This document shows positions 26,843 through 39,563 of a stretch of 39,589 bases of DNA, piece after piece. Numbering within the stretch: position 1 is the stretch's first letter; the number at the start of each line of letters is the position of its first letter. A program made the position numbers and the translations under genes. The notes beneath the pieces were generated by a model that saw nothing but the letters and a program-made list of their open reading frames with translations, did no database searches and was not told where the DNA came from. This DNA comes from Vezdaea acicularis (lineage: Eukaryota), in assembly GCA_026025075.1 (NCBI GenBank), contig JAPEUI010000064.1:62001-101589 (forward strand), read 5' to 3'.

Positions 26843-27708
26843 ATGGCTGGTGGAAAGGGCAAATCTACAGGCGGGAAGGCGGGTCCCAATGCGAAGCAAG
26901 GAAAACAATCGACTACCCATAGCGCACGAGCCGGCTTACAGGTTAGTCATAGCTTTGTTCCTTTCAGCACTGTACCAAAACGTGTGCTACATTTCCGATC
27001 ATCTGTAAAGTGCGATGCTCCACGCGCGTCTCCATATTTTGGGCCGACTGCGCATGTACCCTAGGACGCGTCGGACAAACATCAGGGCCACCTCAAACAA
27101 TCCTCACATATGCCATACCTCTTGGAGTTTCCATCCTTTCTGGGGCGTCCGGGTACAGTTGTTTTCGCCGAGTACAAGACCGCAAATCTTTTGAGTATGC
27201 TATATCGGAAGCATGACCAGCTGACCAAAGTTGATAGTTCCCCTGCGGTCGTGTAAAGCGCTTCCTTAAAAATAACACTCAGAACAAGATGAGAGTTGGG
27301 GCAAAAGGTAAGCATCCCTTAGCCTTATGGGCCGTTTATCATTTTCTCGGTCGTTTGTCGCGCAGCTGCTGATGAGACAACCCTTCGATCTAGCCGCCGT
27401 ATACGTGACTGCAGTTCTTGAATATCTTACTGCCGAAGTCCTCGAGCTCGCAGGTGTACGTGTCCTCGCTAAATACGCCTTTTGCGTATGTGAATACTGA
27501 CTAGGATATATGATAGAATGCCGCCAAAGATCTCAAAGTCAAGCGTATCACGCCTCGCCATCTACAGCTTGCCATCCGCGGCGACGAAGAGTTGGATACC
27601 CTCATTCGTGCTACCATCGCCTTCGGTGGCGTGTTACCACATATCAACCGCGCGCTGCTGCTGAAGGTAGAGCAGAAGAAGAAGAGTGCGGCCAAGGCTG
27701 CCGCCTAG
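26843..27708 (+). CDS. HTZ1: Histone variant H2A.Z (exons 26843-26941, 27238-27307, 27394-27455, 27517-27708)
   Basis: MAGGKGK...[100 protein letters not shown] is diagnostic for H2A.Z. Confidence 0.98.
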
Positions 27709-29394
27709 GCTCCATCCATCCCACTTTTTCTTTCTTGGTCTTGCTAGGTTGCAGTCAGGGAACGACCAACGGCTTCTTTCTTTGGCTTTTCTCTTTCCGT
27801 TTTTGTTCTCTCGGCTCCAATTTCCCTGTCCGGAGGTGACCTGGCAGAACGGGGCAGGAGGTATCGTGACTCCCCTCTCCGACCCTTCCTTTCACGGTGG
27901 CGGCCTAGTCGGTCTGCCAACCTGCCTGGGTCCTGGCTCTGGTGCCTTAAGAGGGGAATCCGATTAGTGGAGAGGATGTGGAGGCACGGAAGGCGTTTAG
28001 GATGGCTCGTGTAAACTAACTTCGGCTCCCTCAAACTTCTTTGAAAACGTGGATATTGGGCTTGGTGCATGACTATGATCTGGCTGTCGGGTCGAATACG
28101 CGCTTCTGCATGTGACTGCAAGTGAGCTCAGCCGTCTACCCGAACATGTCGGGGGACAGTTGTGACGATTCGCACCGCGCGACCCTTCCAATCCATCCTC
28201 ACACACGAAGGGGCTGCCATACTTCGCGTTCTCCTGCGTGGTGGTGTAAAATATGGAGAGCAGGTATTCAGGCACACGCCGCTGCTGGGCGAGGGTCCAG
28301 CCCCCTCGCTTGGGGGGCTTCAAGGGTAGGAATGCCATGCCGCAGAAAGCGTGACTTGTTTGATTAGGAACATCCCATGTTACAGTATCAGAATCTCTTA
28401 ATCTCATCTTGTCTCCTGGTTGGGGAGTATCTCTCCTTCCGTGCCAAGCATCAGCGAATGTTTAATTTGGGTCTAACAAACTCCTGCATGTCTTGGTGAT
28501 CATGGACGCTGAGTGGCTGTCGAGCCCCCCGGGAACTTCTCACTGACTGTTAAATGTTTGCATGGGGGATTACGAGAGAAGGCGTTGCGGCTACCCCTTG
28601 GTTCGCAAAGTAGAAAATCTACAGGAATTTGGCATTGAATATCCACCACCCACCAATCATCATTCGCGAATTCTCGTTCAATCCCGAATCAACCTTTTGC
28701 GCAGTCATTGGCCGTCAAAAGGGACGGCCACAATAGAGCGGCCGCAGACCACCATGCTTGAAGTCTCACAACGCATCCCAAGAAGCGGTGCGGACGGATT
28801 CTCCGAAACGTGCTGCACCAACAAAGCGCAGAGTACATACAGCATAACACTGTCCTTAACGTGAATGATAGGCAGACTCATCCATCCTTCCATCGTGCTA
28901 CGCGACAAGAAAAGACTGTGCCATTTAGTATGAAAATCCTAGTCATTACAACCACTCTATCTTCTGAAGCCTGGCCCTACCCAGTCAAAGCCCGCTTAAG
29001 AAATCGCGGAAAAAGACGGAAGAATGAGAAATGCGGAATGAAGAGGTGGAAAAAAAGGGCTGCGCCCATCCAGGACTTCCTTATGCCATCCGAATGATTT
29101 TTTTTTAGTAGTGCTTGTCGTCAAGTCGTCGCCGGTCATCTTGGTCGCCCAGATTGATATCGACTCGGCGTGCTCTGTGAATTTAGTCCGTCGTCACGTA
29201 TTCATAATTGTGGTAATGCATAGAAGGTCGGTCGTACTGCTTGAAGGGCAAAAGTATTAAATCAGCAAAATATCCAACACAAACATCCGTGTCGCCCGTT
29301 TCTCAGCTCTTCCTGGTATTACTCCGTGCTTAGGTCAGTCGTGCTCGTTATGTATTCAAATTAGCTCGCCTAGCCACCTTGAGGTCCTCGTTTT

Positions 29395-31376
29395 TTATTC
29401 AACGGTTATCTCAACGCCAGAGGTGACGTTGAGCTCATCGCTACCTTGGGGCCGGTGCCCGTTTTGGCGCCTGTTTGAAAAGCCCAGATTTCGCTCTGGC
29501 GCAGGCCCCCTAGGTTGCCTCATAGGCATCTGATGACGATCTCGGAGCTGGTCATCATACCCTCCATTGAAAGATCTGTTGCTGCCAATAGGACCTCCAA
29601 ATGAATGCTGGTTTTCTCTTTCGAAGGAAAACATGCTCCGTGCTTCGCGGTTGCCATTGGAGCCGGTTCCAAGGTTATTACCAAGGGACATACCACCAAG
29701 GCCATTCACTAAAAGACCTTCGTCGCGATGATTCATTCCATTTCCGCTGGCAGTCGGTGTCAGGTTTGGGGTCGTTGCCGTACCGCTCACGGCACCGTAT
29801 TCGGCGTAACGGGAGACGTTCCCACCCAGTGTAGCAGGAAAACTGGCCGAAGAAGGTACGGGAGACGGAGTGTACGACCTCAAATCGGCAAATGACTTTG
29901 CCGCGCGAAGGTTCTGACCCGCCATGCCACTTCCACCTGGGGAGCCTGGGATATCCAAAAGGCCCGATGACTGCCTGCCCAGAGGACCATACATCCCCGC
30001 ATCAGATCCGCGGGCTTCACTGAAATCGATCGTCGCAGCCCGGTTTAGGGCACGGCGTGAGTCGCCGGGATGAATTGCGCTTACGCCCTGGGGTAGAGGT
30101 GGACTCATGTTGATACCCTGAGGATTACGATATACGTGAACCTGGCGTTGATCTCCGTTGCCTCGCGAAACATGTGAAAGAGCCATGTGATGGGCGATGG
30201 TGTGTACCGTGCGACGCTGCGCTGGGGACAAAGTCGAGGGGAAAATCAGGGCTTCTCTGTTATTGTCGTCTCGGAAGAGCAGCAGCTGTGAATAAAATTG
30301 AAGGGTCTGAGGGTCGTTAAGATCGACATCTGCCACGAGTTAGCTTGGTGAGTTTTTTCTTTTTTGCAACATTGAAATGGAGAGCTCCCCACCTGGCTTT
30401 CCACCTCGAGCTGATACTGGTGACGGAGATGCCCCTCGGATGGCCGATGTCATGGAAGACATTGATGGCTGATTGTGAAGCTGCGAAGAAGGGACGGGTC
30501 TGTGCTGTTCTTCCAGCTGCCCACGTCGCTCTCTTTTCTCTCTTTCGATGCGCTCTCGCTCCGCCAGGGGAAGCATTTTCTTGTACTCGACACGAAGCTT
30601 ACGGCCCTGTAGTTCAAAATGATTGAGACATTCGATCACTGCCGCCGTCTCCTCGGCGGTTGTGAAGTTGGCGAAGGCCAGACCCCGAAACACTCCGTTG
30701 TCGAAGTGATAGTTGAACGCGTATGGCAGGGGAAGGTTTAAGTTCGTCATGAGTTCTACGAGCTGTTCCTTCTTCACCGCGAAGGGGATGTTCTTGATCA
30801 CGATCGCGGTGGGGATCAATTCTTCATCGGGTTCGGATATAATTGTCTCTGTGCGGATCTGAGGGTGTCCAAGCCCTGCGTTACCTAGTCCAGCGAAAGG
30901 GCTCATCGAGGGTAGAGAAGCTTGTTGGTCCAACCAAGTCTACAGTTCGGGTCAGTCCCGAAAGGCAAGAACTCTCGATGAGGGAGGACTCGACTCACTG
31001 ATGGAAGGGCGGCACGAGGCCGCGAGGATGGCTTCATTCTCCCGGTCGCTCCCAAGGCGGTCATGCCGCTCGATACGCCAAAACCGGCCGGGTTCCATGT
31101 TTGGGCTGTTGACATTTCATACGCATTGTAGTTACCATGCAATCCACCATTTAATCGGTCAAATCGATTGGTCTCGTATCGTGCGGCGTGATCCTCCGCG
31201 GTGTAAAGGCCACCAGAAGGCATCTGTCCGTAAGCGTCGAATTGCCTTGATGAAGCCCTATGAAGCGGCGGTTGCTGCTGCTGCTGCTGCTGATGTTGGT
31301 GCTGCTGGCGGTGCGAGCCCGGGGAGCGGGCGGAAGGATTGTCATAATAAATGTCATGGGAATGATGGTTATTCAT
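29395..31376 (-). CDS. PIN4: RRM + R3H RNA-binding protein Pin4/Cip2-like (exons 31376-30999, 30939-30393, 30329-29395)
   Basis: IPTAIVIKNIPFAVKKEQL...FRGLAFANF...GRKLRVEYKKMLP (RRM). DLNDPQTLQFYSQLLLF...QRRTVHTIAHHMALSHVSRG (R3H). Introns are frame-consistent, and exon 1 has a poly-Q tract. Confidence 0.93.
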
Positions 31377-32188
31377 CTCCGGCAAGCGGGTTGTCCTGCG
31401 GACCCACAACTGTCCAAGAGGAATTTCACGAAGTATGAATATCCTGTTATTCTCTCTATCTTTGGCCTGAGCTGCTCGAACTAACACAAATGGATCTTGT
31501 TTTGGACGAGTCGAGAGCGCACCGGTTCGGAGCTTGCTGGGTCGACCACGTCGTACCGTCACGAGTTCGCAACGGGATAGACCGAGTCAAGTGATGGCTG
31601 TGAGATCAAGAGAAAGGGAGCAGCTGTCGCATAGGCGGTCGTCTCGTAATTCGTGTAAAGCATGGACGTCGTTATTCTGGCCGTGTCAGAGAGTCTCCCG
31701 CATATGTGAAGGGCTCGGATCGGCGATGATTAAGTACGATGGACGTGCACCGTGTGCGCGGCTTGTGGGATATATCGTGGAGACCGACACGAGCGAAGGT
31801 GGAGTGAAGATGCGCACGAGGAGAAGGAGGAGATTCGAGCGGTGGGCCTGGGAGGAGGGCCGAGCCTTCGAGAAAGCAGGTAGACGCGAGGCTGTGGGCC
31901 TCTATTCCAGTAGCTGGCTGGCGACAGAGCTGGCCTCGAAAGCGGGTCCACGGGGCCACTACGGTGAGAAGCGTCGATGGCGGTGGAATGGGGATGAACG
32001 AGAGAGGACGGGCGGCATGGAAGAGATTACGGAACGACCGACGATGAAGAGAGAGGGGACGAGGCAGCGAAGCGGAGGAGGAGGTGGTGGAGGAGGAGGG
32101 GAGGGAGAAGAGCAGGTGAAGTTGGGGATGAGGGAGAAAAATGAGACGGATGTGTCTTGGGGGCAAGGGCAGGGAAGAGGAGGGAGGG

Positions 32189-32253
32189 AGCGACCGACGA
32201 GCGACGACTGACGAGCGACGAGCGACGAGCGACGAGCGACGAGCGACGAGCGA
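32189..32253. repeat. (GAGCGAC)n heptamer tandem repeat upstream of PIN4
   Basis: About 6 perfect acgagcg units plus degenerate flanking units. A (GCA)n run follows at 32270-32302. Confidence 0.9.
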
Positions 32254-33269
32254 GGGGAGGACGAACGGTGCAGTAGCAGCAGCAGCAGCACCAACAGCAG
32301 CAGGGTGCAGCCAGGTGCAGGAAGGAGGGGCGAATGGGTAAAGAGTCGCTGCTGGACTGGCTGGCGGGTTCACGACCGGCCGGCTACAGGGCCGCTACAG
32401 AGCCACTACAGGGCCGCGACAGGCAGACGACAGGGTTGCGCGCCGCGGGCGGCGGGTCACGGTTGGTGGAGCAGCTGGCGCGGGCGGTCCGCTTGGGGCA
32501 GTCCTCGCGAAAAAGGAAGGAAGGGTGAAAAGCGTGACTCGTGGGAGCTGCGAGGGCGCTGCGCGGGCGCTGCGAGGGAGACGCGAGGGCGAGGGTGAGC
32601 TGCACGGGCAAACTCCGCAGCAGCAGATCCGATCAACCACCGCCCTCGGCCTTTTCCCCTCTCCCCTCTCCCTTCTCCCTTCCGTCGGTCGCCCCTTCCT
32701 ATTCTCCCCCTCTAAATTCCGAGTTCTTTCTAAATCAGGACGCGGCCGCCAGAGGGCCGCCGCCGCCGGTCCCCACCAAGCGAGCGCCGGCGCCTCGTGG
32801 GCCACGGATCCTGCCTTTAGCTGCGCTGCCTACTGCCACCGACCCGCGACTTCTCTTTTTCCCCTCTCCCTTGTCCTTGCTCTTTCCCTTTTCGACTTCC
32901 TGCTCCTTCTCGAGACGATTGCGTCGGGACAAGAGGAGTTCGCCCGAGCAGGCTCGTGACATCTTTGACCGACTCTACGGCACACATCCGGCGGAGCGGT
33001 GGTGGGAGGGAGAAAAGAGCCACCAGCCTCCGTCGGAATTCTACGGATTGAGCGGGGCATGGCATGATTCCCCATCCTGTCCATGGCGCGCCCCTCTGCC
33101 CAACCCACGCGCCAAGCGCCGCTCGACCGGTTCGATGCTTTCGACTGGAGCCGCAGCGACCTCGTCGTTATTGGAGAGCCCCCGCGAGCCTGATCCCGGG
33201 ACGTGACCCGCTCCCACCGTCGAGGTCTCACTTCGCTCTTGCCCTCCTCGACTCGTCACCCTTACCGCC

Positions 33270-34853
33270 TTACCGCCTCGCCCTCTTCTCTCCCGCCGCG
33301 AACCCTCGCTCTCCCCGATCCCACCCCCGTCCCCCGTCCTTCCCTTTCACTCTCGTGCCCTTCGTGCCCTCCGTGATCCGCCCCATCTTCTCCCGCGGAT
33401 CGATGACCATCAGCTCCTCTTCGTTCCTCTTCTTCCAATTCAAGTCCTTGCCGAGGCGGTCCCGGTCGAAATTGAGCGTGTGCGTCAGCCAGTCGTCCCG
33501 CTCGTCCGCCTCGTGCTCGTGACGAGCCTCAACCTCGTCGCGGTCCCAGTTCGAGCATGATTGGCAGTGCGCGATGAAATGTAGGTCACAGAGCCGTGCC
33601 TCCTCGTCATCCAGCTCTTCACCAGCTCTATCTGGACCGTCCGACTTCTCGCCATCTTTGGCATCCTCTGCTTGCGTGGCGTCTCCGCCGCCCATCTTCT
33701 CGGATACAGTGTCCAGCTGTTTGCGGAAGGCGTCGAGCATCTGAATGGCGTAGTCGTCGTTGCCGTTGGCACCACCGGCGTGCTTGCGCTTGCGACCACG
33801 AATCGCCGTCTCAGGGATCAGCCGCTCCAGCGCCGACTTCTTCTTCTCCGGAGCGGGAGCAACGGGCACGTTGCGTCGCATGCTGGCCTTCAAAGAGGCA
33901 ATCTCAGCCTGGGTACGTTCCAAGCGGGAGGCGGCGGGCTCGGGTGAGCTATCCTCGGACGGAGTGGACGGCGAAGGCGATCTCGTGAGCCCTTTGGATA
34001 GCTTCAGCTCCGGTGGATTACGCGTAGGTAGGGAGGATTTGGCCTCGATAGGCAGTTCTTGATCCGTCGGTCCTGTCTTCGGGCTCTTGCCAGAAGTTCC
34101 TGGCGCAGCAGCTGTCTTGGCAGAGGTGACATCGACAGTAGTATTCGGCTCTGCAGTAACGAGTTTGGGATTGAATTTGGTAGCCTTCAAGACCGGGGCT
34201 CCATCATCACCTTCGTCGTCTCCGAAGCTCAGCAGTGCCTTCCCGCCCTTCTTCTTCGACGCTTTCTTCCTCTCCGGCCGGTTCCCTTCCACTGTAGACT
34301 TCGCCTTCTTCTCTTGCACCACCATATCCTCGAAAGGGTTTACGAGAACCTCCGTGCTGAGAACCGTCGTCGGGTAGACCGGCCGTTCAGAGCCGTCTAT
34401 AATCTCCGCCTCTGCCATCTTGACCAAATTGAATATCGTGTCGCCTGCGACTCTCCCAAAAAGTGTATTTTTGCCCTGCAGCCCGGCCGTCTCTGCAAGC
34501 GTCAAGAAGAATTGGCTTCCATTATCATTCTTGCCCCCCCCATTTGCCATCCCCAGGAGCCCACGCCTGTTGAACTTCAGCCGGCTGTGAAATTCATCCT
34601 GGAAAGGCCCCTCGGGGTAGATGCTCTCTCCGCCATGACCTGTACCGGTGGGGTCGCCGCCTTGGATGATGAAGGAAGGAACAAGCCGGTGGAAGATCGT
34701 ATTGTCATAATAACCATTCAGACAGTGCTGTAGAAAGTTGCGTGACGTGACGGGAGTTTGTTTTGCAAATACCTCGAGGAGCAAGTCTCCACTGGTTGTG
34801 TGAAGCACCACTTTCGCGGTCGGTTGCGGCTCAAGATTGTAGAGGGCGGACAT
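33270..34853 (-). CDS. CWC27: Spliceosomal cyclophilin-type PPIase Cwc27
   Basis: MSALYNLEPQPTAKVVLHTTSGDL, YYDNTIFHRLVPSFIIQGGDPTGTGHGGES, DEFHSRLKFNRRGLLGMAN, NGSQFF, LLSFGDDE, and a C-terminal CDLHFIAHCQSC. Confidence 0.96.
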   Translation of the reverse strand: MSALYNLEPQPTAKVVLHTTSGDLLLEVFAKQTPVTSRNFLQHCLNGYYDNTIFHRLVPSFIIQGGDPTGTGHGGESIYPEGPFQDEFHSRLKFNRRGLLGMANGGGKNDNGSQFFLTLAETAGLQGKNTLFGRVAGDTIFNLVKMAEAEIIDGSERPVYPTTVLSTEVLVNPFEDMVVQEKKAKSTVEGNRPERKKASKKKGGKALLSFGDDEGDDGAPVLKATKFNPKLVTAEPNTTVDVTSAKTAAAPGTSGKSPKTGPTDQELPIEAKSSLPTRNPPELKLSKGLTRSPSPSTPSEDSSPEPAASRLERTQAEIASLKASMRRNVPVAPAPEKKKSALERLIPETAIRGRKRKHAGGANGNDDYAIQMLDAFRKQLDTVSEKMGGGDATQAEDAKDGEKSDGPDRAGEELDDEEARLCDLHFIAHCQSCSNWDRDEVEARHEHEADERDDWLTHTLNFDRDRLGKDLNWKKRNEEELMVIDPREKMGRITEGTKGTRVKGKDGGRGWDRGERGFAAGEKRARR

Positions 34854-35568
34854 GATGCTTGTGATCTCTGAAAGATAGCTCTCCTGGCGTCAAGTTCATT
34901 CCTGACAAGGTGTTGTAGGGTCTTGCCGTATCTGCAGGAAGCACTGTGTTTTGGGCAGTGAGCATTGGAAGTTCGGCTGCCGGTTTGAAAATCCGCAGAA
35001 CGTTCGGCAAAACCACGGTTTCATGATTCGTTTCAGGAAAGTTTCTCGGATGCAATGATAGAGACAAGCTCAGATGCAGCCCCAAATTCGAACGTGCACT
35101 TCCAAAATCTTAAAGCTAGGAGTTCTACATTCAGTTGCAGGGTGGCTATCAAGGCCAAGCGTTCCCCTAACCCTAACAGCTAGCCCTAAACTCCATGGTG
35201 CACCTTCTTGATACGTAAATTTTCCGAATGTGACCTGAAGATTTCACTTGGTCGATGCATCCCGCCGGACCGACCTCAAGCAGACGGAGCCATTGCTCTC
35301 CACAGTACGTTCACAAGATCGAGCTCAGATCGAACTCGATTTGCCCGTCCTGCATAAAAGTCGGATCATGTATAGCAAAGCTTAAGAGGCACGAGTACCA
35401 ACGGACGCTCTCGAAAACTAGCCTCGTTGAAAGCGGCTATGTGATGCATGTTCGTTCTTGACAGGGAGACTCACAATACAGCGAAACACCTCTCATATTT
35501 GACGTTCATCGATGAACTGGCCTTACCTAGAGGCATCCTTTTCTGACAAACTACTGGCTTTAGGCAAC

Positions 35569-36708
35569 ATGGACTCAACCTTCAACCCCCTTCAATCAGG
35601 AGACGTGGCGAAAGTGCAAAGCGCCGTACCGTATTCCGCTCAAGAGGCTGTCCTTAAACCGTCGGACCCAATTCCAAAAGGAGCACGAATGGTCGATGGA
35701 ATCGACTTCAATGATCACGCAGGCCATAGTATCACGGTAGAAGAGATGGTAGCTGGTATGGCAAATATGGGCTTTCAGGCCACAGCGGTTGGAGAAGCAG
35801 TTCGGATCATCAATGAGATGAGAGCGTGGCGAGACGTCGAAACGCAATCAAAGACAACTATTTTCCTTGGATATACATCAAATTTGATATCATCTGGCCT
35901 GAGAAGCACGCTTCGCTACCTCGTTCAACATTCGCACGTCTCGGCGATTGTTACTACAGCAGGCGGAATCGAAGAGGATCTCATCAGGTGCCTAGCACCA
36001 ACCTACCTTGGATCCTTCTCCACCCCAGGAGCTGGACTTCGCGCTGCCGGAATGAACCGAATCGGCAACCTCATAGTTCCGAATGACAACTATTGTAAAT
36101 TCGAAGATTGGTTGATGCCAATACTCGACCAAATGTCCCAGGAGCAGAACGACCAGGGAGACTGTTCTTGGACGCCGTCGAAAGTGATTTCTCGACTCGG
36201 TAAAGAGATCAATGACGAGGAAAGTGTTCTGTATTGGGCACATCGAAACGGGATTCCCATCTTCTGTCCCGCTCTTACGGATGGTAGTCTTGGGGACATG
36301 CTATACTTTCATAGCTTTCGAGCAGCCACGCCTCTTAGGATTGATATAGTCGAAGATATCAGACGAATCAATACTTTGGCCGTAAGAGCGAAGAGAGCTG
36401 GTATGATCACTCTTGGTGGTGGGGTGGTCAAGCATCACATTGCAAATGCGTGTCTCATGCGCAATGGGGCTGAAAGCGCGGTCTATGTGAACACGGCACA
36501 GGAGTTTGACGGCAGCGACGCCGGCGCAAGACCCGATGAGGCAGTAAGCTGGGGAAAAATCAAGGTTGGAGGGGATAGTGTTAAGGTCTACGCGGAGGCT
36601 ACTCTTGTGGTCCCGATGATTGTTGCTGCAACATTCGCCAAACCTGAGCTCCAAGATAAAGTGCAGCAAAGCGCGGGGCATGAGGGAAATACGACAGATA
36701 CTTCTTGA
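35569..36708 (+). CDS. DYS1: Deoxyhypusine synthase (likely start 35569; ORF open from 35512)
   Basis: [69 protein letters not shown]. Confidence 0.98.
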   Translation: MDSTFNPLQSGDVAKVQSAVPYSAQEAVLKPSDPIPKGARMVDGIDFNDHAGHSITVEEMVAGMANMGFQATAVGEAVRIINEMRAWRDVETQSKTTIFLGYTSNLISSGLRSTLRYLVQHSHVSAIVTTAGGIEEDLIRCLAPTYLGSFSTPGAGLRAAGMNRIGNLIVPNDNYCKFEDWLMPILDQMSQEQNDQGDCSWTPSKVISRLGKEINDEESVLYWAHRNGIPIFCPALTDGSLGDMLYFHSFRAATPLRIDIVEDIRRINTLAVRAKRAGMITLGGGVVKHHIANACLMRNGAESAVYVNTAQEFDGSDAGARPDEAVSWGKIKVGGDSVKVYAEATLVVPMIVAATFAKPELQDKVQQSAGHEGNTTDTS

Positions 36709-37753
36709 TCCTAGGATGTTGACTGCATTCGAGTAACGGCCTCATCGTTGGACAAAACTTGTGCGAGTCAATTCTACTCCAATTCGGGAAACCCGTTCTC
36801 GTGGTTCTCATACCCCTTAATGTGGAACAGGCCTGTTTTTCACAGACTCGACGCTCAGTGCATGAAGAATAAATATTCGGCAATGGCCGTAAACTTGGAG
36901 AGTATTTCGACAAATGAACCAGGCACGGCTTATCGACTCCGTACGAAAGGATATTCGTGAACGAAAGTCACAAAGTGCCCAAATTTCTCCGCTGATTTAC
37001 GATTGAACATTGCACTACCGCTCCATAACAAAGCCTTTTAGGAACTCTCCGTCCAAACCGCGATCACAACTGCCAAATCGCTCGTACCGGTTCTAGCCTA
37101 TCCTGCCAATCGCATGTTTAGCAGCAGCAGTCCTTGCAAATTTCAAAGGCGCAGATTCCTGCCAAGCTATGCGGATTCAGACATACAAGGTTAGCCAGGT
37201 TCGAGGGCGTAGCGTCGACAAAGTAAGTCCCAGCTCAAGTCATGCACGTACCAGTCGCCAACTATTCCTCCACCTCGAAGCCCCAGCTTCGGTTCCATGG
37301 TCATAGCCGCAGGCGGTTCCTCGATCACGATTAGTTACGAGCATATAGAGATCTCAAATTCTAGATACCGGTTGCTTCGGGCCTAGGTACGCGTTATCCT
37401 GTGAACCGTCGGTCGGCTGAGGGACCATCTGCTGTAGCTGTAGCTGTAGCTGAGGCTGGGTGCTCTTGAGTGGTTGAGACATCGTGAAATTTTATCACGC
37501 GCAAATTTTGGCTTGGAGAACTTAGATAGTTGGCTTGGTAGTATTATAATATCTTGGATAGAGTTGGGTAGGATATTGTAATGTAGGACAAAACGTATTG
37601 CCAATTCTTCTCCAGATAAGAGGTGAATGGGGTAACATGCAAGGTGACGTACTTTACCCGCAAAAGTTAGCCGCATTTCAGGGTAAAAAGCTTGTTTCTG
37701 GCTTTCTTCCGAGCACAATTAGGGTGATTATAGTCTATGCTTGCCACTGACGC

Positions 37754-38721
37754 TCAGTCCCTCTTAAGGAGGGTGGTCTGCGGGACCGCATCGAATCCAT
37801 TCTGTTTCACGATCAGGTAGTCCTGTTCTTACTTTAGTAGCCACACGTAAACGTGCTAATGAAAGGGCTGACTCACAAGTACAGAAGCCGGCAAATAGTT
37901 TGAGATGAAATGTACGATCCATGACAATCTACCCCTCCACAGCCTGCCGTTAGCACCTCCCAGGGCATCGCTGACTACTTGCTCCGCATAATCTCCAGTT
38001 CTAGTATGCGACCAAACATCTACATCCTTCGTTCTGGCTGTAAAGCTTCTCTCAAAGGGCAGATATAAAGAAGCCGATGGGAGTCTATGCTCCGGTGCGT
38101 TAGTGTAGATGTTAGAATCTACAGCTCCTGTTATGACTAGCATCACTTTGACGCCAAATGGTACCAGTTCTAAGCGTAAGGTCTCGCTCGCTGTCGCAAG
38201 CGCAGCCTTTGATGCCGCGTAGACGCCTAAAGCCCAGATCAGCACATCGAGAGCAGTGATCAAGATTGCAACAATCTAGACTCACCCATCCAGGGAAGGT
38301 TGAGACACCCTGTTATCGAGCCGATGTTGATGACAGTTCCCATCGCAGCAATTAGAAAGGGCGCAAATGCTTGCGTAACGGCTATCGTGCCCCATAAATT
38401 GACGTCGAATATTCTTCTTCCCTCCTCGACATTAACGTCTAGGATGGGCATGGCATGGCCTACCCCAGAGTTGTTAACGAGATAGTGCAGCATACCACCA
38501 GTCTTCGCCTTGACAGCCTCTGCTGCAGATTTGATATCAGTGGAGGACGTGACATCGAGTGAGAGAAGGGTGACATTAGGTAGTTTCTCAAGGTGTGACA
38601 TCTTGGATAGAGTGCGAGCTGTCGCGAAGACATGGAGGCCACGTTTCTGAAACGACTCAGCAATGGCAGATCCTATTCCACCAGCGCTGCAGCCTGTAAT
38701 AAGGACAAACTTAGACTCCAT
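37754..38721 (-). CDS. Short-chain dehydrogenase/reductase, Ayr1-like (exons 38721-38286, 38226-37877, 37822-37754)
   Basis: VLITGCSAGGIG, GLHVFATAR, LVNNSG, catalytic YAASK and LRLELVPFGVKV. Two GTGAG introns are frame-consistent. Confidence 0.92.
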
Positions 38722-39439
38722 AAAGACCGAGGCTGTTATCACAAGTATGTGTTGTCTTATTCGTGGTGATATTCTCGCATGGAATCGAGGGAAGAATTCG
38801 ACTCGTTGCAAGCACGGTGATACAAAAAGTTGAAGGCACGCATTCGCCCACTGAATGCCAAATACGTTAAGATTTCCCTAATTTCCTCGTTCCATTCTTC
38901 CCCTTCCTTTCTTCCGTTTTCCTATTCGCCCTATCTTGTTTTCGCACACCTCGTGAAATGCCAAAGTTGCTGGACACAAGTTGCTCCGGCTGTACACTCA
39001 TCAACCGCGCAAAACTCTTGCTTGGTGAATGCATTATGTGGATGACAAGAGCGAGAAAACATTCTTGACAGGAGTGAAATCTTCAGCGGAGCCCAGAAAG
39101 ATTGATATTTATACTTTCATCATTATAGCGTTAATAAAAGCGGAAGCTAAGCAAAGTGGCTACTTTCAATTTCGCTACTTGCTGCGTAGAACGGGCAATA
39201 AGATCGAGAATTAAGCTTAAACGCTTGAAGAGATGCATCTATACGTAACAAAAGTTTAAACTATCGCACTAGTGCTCGTGTCGGCGTACTATACGGGCGG
39301 GAGGGTTAGGTTTAGTGGGTGGGACCACGTCGTCCGAGCCATGGCGGCCTAAGGCCACCGCGAGGTGGTGGAGGGTGGGCAGGGTCGTCGATTGGCCGCC
39401 CGTGCGTCAGCGAGCGCTAGCGGTCGCGAGGGCGCCGCG

Positions 39440-39563
39440 GTGGATCGCGTACGACCAATAGTACGACGAATAAAGCATCAAGCGTGGTTTCCCCCTGCTT
39501 AGCGCCGACTGCAAACCACGCTTGATGCTTTATTCGTCGCCCCATTGGTCGCGTGCAATCCAC
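39440..39563. repeat. Long inverted repeat / hairpin
   Basis: Perfect 27-bp arms 39464-39490 (cgacgaataaagcatcaagcgtggttt) and 39513-39539, with a 22-nt loop. The stem extends imperfectly to ~51 bp. Confidence 0.92.

Noticed and set aside
26942..27237. Long first intron of H2A.Z as a snoRNA host
   Set aside because: No convincing C/D or H/ACA box arrangement seen. A covariance-model search would be needed.
31534..33522. Many 100-233 aa ORFs on both strands
   Set aside because: Low-complexity translations of GC-rich repeats with no domain signal.
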